44,681 bases of DNA, taken from an uncultured Candidatus Saccharibacteria bacterium (GTDB taxonomy: Bacteria > Patescibacteriota > Minisyncoccia > Phycocordibacterales > UBA918). The notes beneath the pieces were generated by a model. The model made no database searches, had not been told where the DNA came from, and saw nothing but the letters and a program-made list of their open reading frames with translations. Every line of letters begins with the position of its first letter. Position 1 is the first letter of the stretch. This document shows positions 18,984-26,287 of the stretch, piece after piece. Location of the stretch: contig CAYXOF010000002.1 of assembly GCA_964466905.1 (NCBI GenBank), positions 1 through 44,681 of the forward strand. Direction: 5' to 3'. A program made the position numbers and the translations under genes.

Positions 18984-19904
18984 ATGCCCTCAGAATCATT
19001 TCCACCGTCACACCAATCTGAAGCAGTCGAAGCACGAACCATCGACGGCTTCCATAATCCTGAAGTAGAACGTATACCCACCCCCCGTACCACGGCCGCC
19101 CGTGCGTTGACACAGCTCGCACACATTCTCATACCGAGTGCTGTCCAGATCGATACCCTTGATACCCAACATACGATTGATACCATTGATTTTGCAGTGA
19201 CTGAGCGGATCAAACCCCCGACACCAGCCGAGCGCAGCGCACATATGGAGCAGATTAAACCACTCTTGATCGCATTTGAGGCAACCGGGATCGGAGACTA
19301 CCGAACGCGCCCAGACTTAAAAAACATCCACCACTTTTCTACAACTGCCACAGGGCCGACATATACTGGACTACTTATGCCTTGGCAGTACCACACGGAC
19401 GGCACCATCCTACCTACAATCGACATATCAAAGCTCACCATGGCAGTACAAGCATTACCTGACACTACCCCCGAGGAGATGGGTCAAAAAACTGCCGCCG
19501 AAGACTATCTACACACTGTCGTCACCACTCTTCAGACTGAGGAAGGGCTGGGGTTAGATGCCTTCATCGACCGACTCGACGCCCCAGATAGAGAGCATCT
19601 TAATCTTCTACGCTCAACCCTAGACGCGCAAGACGAAGCCGTCATTGCACGCATCGCTGAACAAACGACTTTCGAAAAAGACGAGATTGATCCGGAACGC
19701 GTGGCACTTCAAGCCGCTCTCAGCCCACTCCTCACCCTCATCAGGTCAATGCACCAAAACAGTAGTATCTTAGCTGACACTGATCGGACTCGTTTTCCAG
19801 AATTTTGGTACTTAGTGGACCAATACCACCGGTATAGTTGTGCGCTTGGCATTAAAAATATGGACGGGACGATTCGGCACACAGGTATCACCTACCCACT
19901 CTAA
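18984..19904 (+). CDS. hypothetical protein (~306 aa), no recognisable motif
   Basis: Long ORF with ordinary composition. The track start at 18960 is a GTG, and the first ATG is at 18984. The start remains uncertain. Confidence 0.5.
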   Translation: MPSESFPPSHQSEAVEARTIDGFHNPEVERIPTPRTTAARALTQLAHILIPSAVQIDTLDTQHTIDTIDFAVTERIKPPTPAERSAHMEQIKPLLIAFEATGIGDYRTRPDLKNIHHFSTTATGPTYTGLLMPWQYHTDGTILPTIDISKLTMAVQALPDTTPEEMGQKTAAEDYLHTVVTTLQTEEGLGLDAFIDRLDAPDREHLNLLRSTLDAQDEAVIARIAEQTTFEKDEIDPERVALQAALSPLLTLIRSMHQNSSILADTDRTRFPEFWYLVDQYHRYSCALGIKNMDGTIRHTGITYPL

Positions 19905-20037
19905 CTCACACATGGGAGGACCCGAGCGAGTGGTGTACACCTGATGGTACACATCAAGATAGACTACACGCAGCACAATCTTCGTGCTAGCATACCTATA
20001 CTGTTATTAACATCTATGTAACTTTAGGAAACACACT

Positions 20038-20586
20038 ATGAAATCAAACGTACTCGCTGTAATGATGGCTATTACCATTCTCGGTACCACGCTCGCTCCA
20101 TCAGCACACGCCCTTAGTTGTCTACCGACCGATATGTATCTGAGTAGCATCATCGGTGATGAAGAAACCGTCGTATTTATTGGCACCTCAGTAGCCCGGA
20201 CTGACACTGACGACTACACGAGTGAAGTCGTGACAGTGACGGAGGCCTTACAGGGGTACGTCGAAGCACAACTCTTTGTCTACCATGAGCGACATAGTGA
20301 CTGGGGTTACCTCTGCAACGCCGGGCCACAAGCGAAAGGGGCAACGGGGGTCTACGTTGCGTTCCGAGACAGCCTCGGTACGTACAACGTAACGCAACGA
20401 CTCACATTGGACGAACCGATTACGGAAAATTTTCTCTCTGAAATCAAGGCGGCTGAAATCGAGGGCGGGATTGGCGAAATCACCGCAATTGATCAACAAA
20501 ACCGAGCAATGACCACCATCATTGAACTCTTCTCAAAAATCAGCCGACTGCTCACTGAATTTGCGTACTGGAAAAGTCAGCGCTAG
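20038..20586 (+). CDS. secreted hypothetical protein, possibly TIMP/NTR-like OB-fold
   Basis: Signal peptide MKSNVLAVMMAITILGTTLAPSAHA. The mature N-terminus LSCLPTD....ETVVFIGTSV and the later GYLCNAG resemble bacterial TIMP-like modules, but the resemblance is weak. AGGAAA lies 8 nt upstream of the ATG. Confidence 0.5.
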   Translation: MKSNVLAVMMAITILGTTLAPSAHALSCLPTDMYLSSIIGDEETVVFIGTSVARTDTDDYTSEVVTVTEALQGYVEAQLFVYHERHSDWGYLCNAGPQAKGATGVYVAFRDSLGTYNVTQRLTLDEPITENFLSEIKAAEIEGGIGEITAIDQQNRAMTTIIELFSKISRLLTEFAYWKSQR

Positions 20587-20594
20587 GAATCTGA

Positions 20595-20762
20595 TTATCC
20601 TCGTGTCAATTTGAACATCAGCCATATCCCCAGTAACGCGCCGCCAGAACTACAAAGAATCGAGGCAAAAGAAAAATATCCAGCACCCCACACCAGTGGC
20701 ACATACCCGCCAATCCAGCCACCAATACCTGCTCCAAGCCAAATCAATCGATTCGATTGCAT
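20595..20762 (-). CDS. small glycine-zipper membrane protein (55 aa)
   Basis: Two Gly-rich TM helices (GAGIGGWIGG and GGALLGIWLM). The start is ATG 20760-20762, with TATGAT 6 nt upstream. Confidence 0.5.
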   Translation of the reverse strand: MQSNRLIWLGAGIGGWIGGYVPLVWGAGYFSFASILCSSGGALLGIWLMFKLTRG

Positions 20763-20933
20763 ACCTGTATCATACACCTCCAAATGATCCCAAACCACCT
20801 CACACAGTAAGCGTCTCGCGTTTCTGTCTAATCAATTTAGAACAGCGTTTAAAACAGTGGGGTATCAAAACATCTGACCGAGTCAAATAACTATATTTTG
20901 AAACACCAAATCTTACGGGGGGTATACCACTGA

Positions 20934-21536
20934 TCACTTCGACACCACTGACTCATGACTGAGAAAGTGGTACAAACGCATACCCGCCACACCACCAATG
21001 ATCGGTCCGAGTACATACATGAGGTTCAAGGAACCAATACCAAAAGCCACTGCCGGATTGAGTACTCCATTTGTACCCATCAGTGCAGCGATCGTGATAC
21101 CAATGAGGAGTGAACCCCCGACGACAATACCGGATAGATGACTCGGTGTGCGTCCATATATAACTGAGGCGATTCCAAAAGTAAACACGAAGGCACCAAG
21201 TGCTTCTGCCAGGCCAGTACGAAGACTTGTATCAAGTGATAGAGCTGGCATTTCCACCACATATTGCAAGGCAAACAAAGCAATTGCCGCCCCGAGTAGC
21301 TGGGCCGCAATATACTTCCCAGCTTCAGCGAAATGTATGGTACCAATTGATAGCGCACTCAATGTGACCGCTGGATTGATGTGTGTGCCTGAAAGGTGTC
21401 CAATCGAATACACAAATAACCCGAGCGTGAGCGCCGCTAACACCGGAGTGGGTACAGGAAAAGAACCAGCAATTGATAACCCAACCACAAACGTAAGCGT
21501 ACCCGTCCCCAACAACTCAGCTACATATTTTTTCAT
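20934..21536 (-). CDS. MIP-family channel (aquaporin/glycerol facilitator)
   Basis: Two NPA boxes (HINPAVT and LNPAVAF) and six TM helices. The start is ATG 21534-21536 (MKKYVAELLGTG). Confidence 0.9.
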   Translation of the reverse strand: MKKYVAELLGTGTLTFVVGLSIAGSFPVPTPVLAALTLGLFVYSIGHLSGTHINPAVTLSALSIGTIHFAEAGKYIAAQLLGAAIALFALQYVVEMPALSLDTSLRTGLAEALGAFVFTFGIASVIYGRTPSHLSGIVVGGSLLIGITIAALMGTNGVLNPAVAFGIGSLNLMYVLGPIIGGVAGMRLYHFLSHESVVSK

Positions 21537-21542
21537 AGAAAT

Positions 21543-21561
21543 GTGATCACTATCATAGTGA
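21543..21561 (-). promoter_or_regulatory. operator-like overlapping palindromes across the putative -10 of the aquaporin gene
   Basis: TCACTATCATAGTGA (21547-21561; 7-bp arms) overlaps GTGATCAC (21543-21550). The minus-strand TATGAT (21552-21557) lies 15 nt upstream of the ATG. Confidence 0.35.
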
Positions 21562-21642
21562 CAGCGATACAAGTAGTATATACCCTCTGGTAAAAACAAA
21601 AAGAGCCAAGCGGGTGACTCTTTCTGTCGTGCCCGTTTGACC

Positions 21643-22056
21643 CTAATCCTCCTCTCTCACTATCACCTTGAGTTTTCCCGCACCGCGAGCAGTCGCCTGA
21701 TCGACATCGTCCGGGTAGCCGTCACGGACAGCTCGACCATCTCGCACACGGTACGACTGACCGACTACGATCCCCTGGTCGCCACGATTATGCAGTGCGC
21801 GTCGAGGGATAAAAAAATCGACGGTGTTCGGCTGGTCATTTTTTGCGCCAAAGTCACCGAAGAAAAACAGACCTCCCACGTGAACGAAGACACCGCTGTG
21901 ATTGAAGCGCACAATCCCCGCACAAATGTCGTGCGTGAATGCAACCTCCTTCGCACCATACACCGTCCGCATCATGACGGCGACCCGGCGCATCACCATC
22001 ATTTCAGCCGATGGTATAGCCTGCCCAGACCAGTTCACCATATAGAGACCCATCAT
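21643..22056 (-). CDS. hypothetical protein (137 aa), unknown family
   Basis: A strong SD site, AAAGGAGG, lies 6 nt upstream of ATG 22054-22056. The track ORF begins at a TTG two codons earlier. I recognise no motif. Confidence 0.55.
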   Translation of the reverse strand: MMGLYMVNWSGQAIPSAEMMVMRRVAVMMRTVYGAKEVAFTHDICAGIVRFNHSGVFVHVGGLFFFGDFGAKNDQPNTVDFFIPRRALHNRGDQGIVVGQSYRVRDGRAVRDGYPDDVDQATARGAGKLKVIVREED

Positions 22057-22088
22057 ATACAACCTCCTTTCACCAATGTTGCATGACC

Positions 22089-22346
22089 CTAATGCGCCCG
22101 CGAGCGCACCACCGCAATGCTCGCGATCCGTTCGATCAGATCACGCCAGAACTCCGGCGACTGGTTCGACAAGCTCGCCAGCGGCAAACCCTGGAGGGTT
22201 TCTGCCATAATCGCCGCGCAGAGTGCACGATGATCTGGTGTACGCAGTTGTCCTGCGAGCATTGCTAGCTCCTTAGTCGAGCGTCCTTTCGTGAGCACGA
22301 TGGCCATGATTGCAGAACGTTGGATTTCTTCTGACGATAGTGCCAT
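22089..22346 (-). CDS. hypothetical small protein (85 aa)
   Basis: I prefer the ATG at 22344-22346 (MALSSEEIQRS...), which has GGAG 9 nt upstream. The track ORF starts at a GTG 75 nt earlier. It ends 26 nt before the SD-led downstream gene. Confidence 0.45.
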   Translation of the reverse strand: MALSSEEIQRSAIMAIVLTKGRSTKELAMLAGQLRTPDHRALCAAIMAETLQGLPLASLSNQSPEFWRDLIERIASIAVVRSRAH

Positions 22347-22475
22347 TTTGAGGTTCTCCAAACTGGTTTCTACTGAAGAATATACAACAAATATTATCTT
22401 TGTACAGAACCACATCTTCACGTGCCGTTGCGGATTGCGTCAAAGCTGCACCACTACGCACGTAATTGCTGTACA

Positions 22476-23036
22476 TCAGCTCACTGAGACAGTAGTACTT
22501 TCTGGGACTTGATAGCGCATCTCCATTTCCGGCAAGCCATTGCCACTCTTCATAATAAACCGGTCTTCGGTGAAGCGTCGTCCTGTGTCGACGAAGCCAT
22601 GCGTTTGATAAAACTGTATGGCGCCTGTGTTGTACGTGACGACATGGAGCTGGATTGGCTTTTTATGAGTCTTTGCCCAGGCCAAAAATGCATCAAGTAG
22701 CTGTGTACCGATCCCCATCCCCTGTCGCTCGGGTAAGACATAGAGACTACTCAAATGAACACACTCGTCTTTTACCTTCCCCGCACACACACCGACGACT
22801 TCATTTCCATCTACCGCGACACGGTAAAACTGCATCGGGTCCTTGAGGACATTCATTATATTTACAAGTCGCTCCGCCACTTTCTCTGGATCAGTCATCG
22901 CATCAGTGCGCTCTTTGATGTCATCTCGGGTAATCCCATATGCCTCATTCGGGTATGTCGCGAGCCATGTCTTTGCGTAGAGCGCACTGATCGCTTGCAT
23001 CATGGCTGGTTGAGGTGCGACGACTTGGATATGCAT
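22476..23036 (-). CDS. GNAT-family N-acetyltransferase
   Basis: VLPERQGMGIGTQLLD is the acetyl-CoA-binding motif A (Q/RxxGxG/A), followed by a NTGAIQFYQTHGF tail. The start is ATG 23034-23036, with TATAGT 6 nt upstream. Confidence 0.8.
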   Translation of the reverse strand: MHIQVVAPQPAMMQAISALYAKTWLATYPNEAYGITRDDIKERTDAMTDPEKVAERLVNIMNVLKDPMQFYRVAVDGNEVVGVCAGKVKDECVHLSSLYVLPERQGMGIGTQLLDAFLAWAKTHKKPIQLHVVTYNTGAIQFYQTHGFVDTGRRFTEDRFIMKSGNGLPEMEMRYQVPESTTVSVS

Positions 23037-23173
23037 ACCGTGACTATAGTAAAAATCCGCTGACTTGCAAAGCGTCTTTCGAGATATCGCCTTGGTTGTA
23101 TGTAATCGACATCTGTCTATTGTCTCCATAGGGTATACTGATACGCACATCAGTAAGTAACAAGAAACGTTGT

Positions 23174-23563
23174 ATGCATCAAGGAAACTGGACCTGTAGT
23201 GGCTGTGGTGGAGCGATCACCGAATTACCCTTTATTCCGCGGAGTGAAGCAGGCCTTACCTGTCGTACCTGCTATGCCAAACAAAAAGGTACGAGGCCAA
23301 ATGCCGCGCCTGCAGAAGTATTCACGGCTGCAGACGATGCGCCAGACTTCCCCTATGAAGACGCCATGCCAGCGACCGAAGCACCCCCTATGGATGAGTA
23401 CTTTGCCGCTACTGGCACAACCTCCGCTCCAACCGAAAAACCTAAAATCGCCGGCAATTGGCAATGCGCAAACTGTGGTGGAGCCATCACCTCACTCCCC
23501 TTCACGCCCAGAGACACGAGCAACTTAAAATGTCTTGATTGCTTTAAGCGGAGCAAGGCGTAA
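23174..23563 (+). CDS. tandem zinc-ribbon protein (two CxxC-x18-CxxC modules separated by an acidic/Pro-rich linker)
   Basis: GNWTCSGCGGAITELPFIPRSEAGLTCRTC and GNWQCANCGGAITSLPFTPRDTSNLKCLDC are clear internal repeats. They resemble the CxxC-x17-CxxC domain found at the C-terminus of some cold-shock/helicase proteins. Confidence 0.7.
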   Translation: MHQGNWTCSGCGGAITELPFIPRSEAGLTCRTCYAKQKGTRPNAAPAEVFTAADDAPDFPYEDAMPATEAPPMDEYFAATGTTSAPTEKPKIAGNWQCANCGGAITSLPFTPRDTSNLKCLDCFKRSKA

Positions 23564-23749
23564 ATATCTTCACAGGTGTAATAATCGAGCAATACGCACG
23601 AGTTGCCCCGTTGTTTGAGAATTTGTTAGAGACAAAGCCGTAGCGGGTAGGTCACCTTCTAACAATACATATCCTAAATCCAGCTCTGAAGTCTCAGGCT
23701 AGAACCAAGTAGTAAAAATGTGGTATTAAAATACATAGTGATTTGAAGA

Positions 23750-23793
23750 AAGTTAAAAAGTCTCCATGCTCGAGATGCAACAGCTCGTGAGAC
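23750..23793 (-). terminator. putative intrinsic terminator after the coiled-coil gene
   Basis: The minus strand reads GTCTC-ACGAGCTGTTGCATCTCGAGCATG-GAGAC followed by TTTTTAACTTTCTT, 10 nt after the stop. Confidence 0.45.
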
Positions 23794-23802
23794 AGCGTTA
23801 AC

Positions 23803-24363
23803 TTAACTAGCACGTGAACGACGAGTGCTTTTTTTAGAAGCAGCTTCTGCTGCCGCGATTTCAGCAGCTTTTTGCTTTGCAATTCTCGCCGCAACAGCTT
23901 CGGCTGCTTTTTGTGCCTTTTCTTCAGCTGCTTTTTGTGCCGTTTGTTGTTCAATTAACATTTGAGTAGCCAGCATGTCAGCCTGTTGCTTAGCTTCAGC
24001 GGCTGCCGCAGCAGCGATAGCCGCTTGCCTATCATGCTCACGTTTGGCCATGGTAATTGCTGTTTCTTCAACCGCTTTTTCAGTTGCTTCTACTGCTATT
24101 TTTTCTGCCTGAGCCGCAGCTTCGATTTCTGCTTGCTTTTTTGCTTCAGCGAATTTATCTGCCAAAGCCTTAGTCTCTAATTTTTGTTCACGTTCAACTA
24201 AAATCATCTGGAGCTGTTCTTCATTTCTTAACTGAGCAGCTTCTACCCCCCGAGCCAGCTGCACCTCCTCTGCTAATTGCTTTGTATAAATAACGCTCCC
24301 ACCGTAGGCAGTAAGTGCTACGAGTCCGAATGTTACTGCAACATTTCTAATATTTTGCTTCAT
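23803..24363 (-). CDS. membrane-anchored Ala/Glu/Lys/Gln-rich coiled-coil protein (TolA-domain-II-like composition)
   Basis: An N-terminal TM helix, then about 150 aa of low-complexity helical repeats (AQKAAEEKAQKAAEA...). A 15-nt DNA unit, GCTGCTTTTTGTGCC, occurs twice about 27 nt apart. Confidence 0.6.
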   Translation of the reverse strand: MKQNIRNVAVTFGLVALTAYGGSVIYTKQLAEEVQLARGVEAAQLRNEEQLQMILVEREQKLETKALADKFAEAKKQAEIEAAAQAEKIAVEATEKAVEETAITMAKREHDRQAAIAAAAAAEAKQQADMLATQMLIEQQTAQKAAEEKAQKAAEAVAARIAKQKAAEIAAAEAASKKSTRRSRAS

Positions 24364-24381
24364 AAAATAGAAAGGAAATAT

Positions 24382-24552
24382 CTAATCTAACTTTTGCCAC
24401 ATATGTACATCGCCTTTTATAGTTTCACATTCCGCACACTTAAAATCATCGGGTAAACTTTCCCATTGAGTGCCGGGTGGAAAGCCACGCTCTGGATCAC
24501 CAATAGCTTCATCGTAAATCCAACCACATTCTAAACATACATATTGAGCCAT
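24382..24552 (-). CDS. rubredoxin (56 aa)
   Basis: Not in the ORF track because it is under 60 aa. My translation: MAQYVCLECGWIYDEAIGDPERGFPPGTQWESLPDDFKCAECETIKGDVHMWQKLD*. Cys6/Cys9/Cys39/Cys42 have the same spacing as classical clostridial rubredoxin, and the conserved Y.C..CGW.YD...GDP..G..PGT.....P.D..CP.C pattern is present. Confidence 0.85.
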   Translation of the reverse strand: MAQYVCLECGWIYDEAIGDPERGFPPGTQWESLPDDFKCAECETIKGDVHMWQKLD

Positions 24553-24594
24553 AACATTGATTTATTAACGTATATACACTAGCGTACAGACAAA

Positions 24595-24613
24595 TTATGA
24601 ATAGTTTATGAAT
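24595..24613 (-). promoter_or_regulatory. direct repeats TTATGAAT x2 with 11-bp period at the -35 position of a putative rubredoxin promoter (candidate OmpR/PhoB-type box)
   Basis: TTATGAAT lies at 24595-24602 and 24606-24613. TATATA lies at 24571-24576, 18 nt upstream of the rubredoxin ATG. The second repeat overlaps the kinase stop codon. Confidence 0.35.
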
Positions 24614-25637
24614 GACGTAACGGTAGGGTCACCGTCACTTCCGTACCAACACCAATCTCACTCTTGAGTGTAATCTGTCCACCAAGCGCGCCGACCAGTG
24701 CTCTTACAATTGATAAACCAAGTCCAGTTCCGCTATCTTTATTTTGTGTACGCGCCTTATCCACCTTCTTAAAACGCTCAAAGATTATTTGTTGTTGAGC
24801 GGGCTCTATACCTATTCCAGTGTCTGTGATAATAATTTCAAGAGAGGTAGCAGTTGATCGCAAGGCAAGCGCAACACCATCTCCATTGTTGCTGTAATCA
24901 ACTGCGTTTTTTAGTAGGTTTTGCACTATCTCGATCAACGCATCTTGGTGAGTGTAAGAAGTAATATCAGCATCTACATCACTCGTGAGGGTGATCTTAC
25001 GAGCGTTAGCATAGGGTGTAAAACGCCTCATTTCATTTACTAACAATTCAGATACTCGTACTTCCTGGGATGTACACGTTTCTATCTCGCCAACCTTAAG
25101 CAATTGTAGGAGCTGGTTTGATATCCGGGCTAATCGCGCGGCTTCTTCCTGTACATCTATAACAAACAATTTATACTCAGAAACATCACGTTCACGGCAC
25201 AAGAGAGTGTCAGCACCCGCCAGCATCACTGACAAAGGTGTCCGCAACTCATGAGCAACATCCCCAATAAACTGCCTTTGTCTTTGTTGCATTTCTTGGA
25301 TTGGTGATAATGTCTTTCGGGCGAAAAAAAAGGCAAAACTACTCACAATGATAAGCATGAGAATATCTACAATAATAACAACCGATGCTAAATGCTCTCG
25401 TACCTCATACAAACTCCAATCGTCATGTTCAATTTCTATTTGCGCTGTAGTTTCTGGTATAAAAAGTAACTCAGTCTCTGGTGGTGCAAAAATAATCAAG
25501 GTTGCAAGGCTGCTTATTAGCAAAATTACCCCCGTTAGAAGTACGTAGTAGGACGTGAGAATGATACTGGCGCGTTCAAATTCGTCACTCCTGAAACGTG
25601 TAGCCAATTCCGCGAATGGTTTTAATATATTGTTCAT
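24606..25637 (-). CDS. sensor histidine kinase (2 TM, HisKA + HATPase_c)
   Basis: H-box VAHELRTPLS, N-box LLKNAVDYS, G1 DTGIGI and G2 GTGLGLSIV. The ATG is at 25635-25637, with AGGTGG 5 nt upstream. The gene overlaps the response-regulator 3' end by 53 nt. Confidence 0.88.
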   Translation of the reverse strand: MNNILKPFAELATRFRSDEFERASIILTSYYVLLTGVILLISSLATLIIFAPPETELLFIPETTAQIEIEHDDWSLYEVREHLASVVIIVDILMLIIVSSFAFFFARKTLSPIQEMQQRQRQFIGDVAHELRTPLSVMLAGADTLLCRERDVSEYKLFVIDVQEEAARLARISNQLLQLLKVGEIETCTSQEVRVSELLVNEMRRFTPYANARKITLTSDVDADITSYTHQDALIEIVQNLLKNAVDYSNNGDGVALALRSTATSLEIIITDTGIGIEPAQQQIIFERFKKVDKARTQNKDSGTGLGLSIVRALVGALGGQITLKSEIGVGTEVTVTLPLRHS

Positions 25638-26250
25638 GACTTCCACCTAACTTACGCCTTAACTGTTTTATGTATACGTCAGTGATATTACTAAAGGCAC
25701 TGTACGCAAAATCCCAACAATGATCGATTAACTGCTCTCGCGTGACCACTTGTCCTGCGTTTCGCATCAGATACTCAAGAATTGTATACTCTTTTTGAGT
25801 GAGGCCAAGTGAAACACCAGCAACGGTCACGGTCCTGGTGTTGGAATTGAGACTGACATCTAACACACGGAGTTCATCTTGTAAAGTCGAAGTCGGACGG
25901 CGTAGAAGAGCACGGATGCGCGCCAGTAATTCTTCCATAGCAAACGGCTTCACCAAGTAATCATCCGCACCACCATCAAGCCCTTCTATCCTATCTTCTA
26001 CCTCACTTTTTGCGGTCAACATCAAAATTGCCGTTGTGTCACCCTCAGCCCGAACATTTTTGCATGTAGTAATGCCATCTTGCTCAGGTAGCATAATATC
26101 TAGAATAACCACATCATACGAACCGTTTAAAATACGCCGCTCCCCTGTTTTTCCATCGCCAACTACGTCTACCGCGTAGGTTTCTTCTTCAAGCATTTGC
26201 TTCATGTATTTAGCGAGCTTTTCGGTATCTTCAACAATCAGAATCTTCAT
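25585..26250 (-). CDS. OmpR/PhoB-family response regulator (REC + winged-helix)
   Basis: MKILIVEDTE, VILDIMLPEQDG, the LTAK region and a C-terminal trans_reg_C motif (LTQKEYTILEYLMRNAGQVVTREQL...IRGIGYTF). Confidence 0.9.
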   Translation of the reverse strand: MKILIVEDTEKLAKYMKQMLEEETYAVDVVGDGKTGERRILNGSYDVVILDIMLPEQDGITTCKNVRAEGDTTAILMLTAKSEVEDRIEGLDGGADDYLVKPFAMEELLARIRALLRRPTSTLQDELRVLDVSLNSNTRTVTVAGVSLGLTQKEYTILEYLMRNAGQVVTREQLIDHCWDFAYSAFSNITDVYIKQLRRKLGGSHEQYIKTIRGIGYTFQE

Positions 26251-26287
26251 GATCTATTCATTTTAACATGGTATACCCAAATGAACT

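Noticed and set aside
23694-24180. ORFs 23694..23954 (-) and 23962..24180 (+), with lysine- or cysteine/phenylalanine-rich repetitive translations.
   Set aside because: They are alternative frames of the low-complexity GCN/AAR repeats in the coiled-coil gene. The frame with an N-terminal TM helix and heptad-like sequence is the plausible one.
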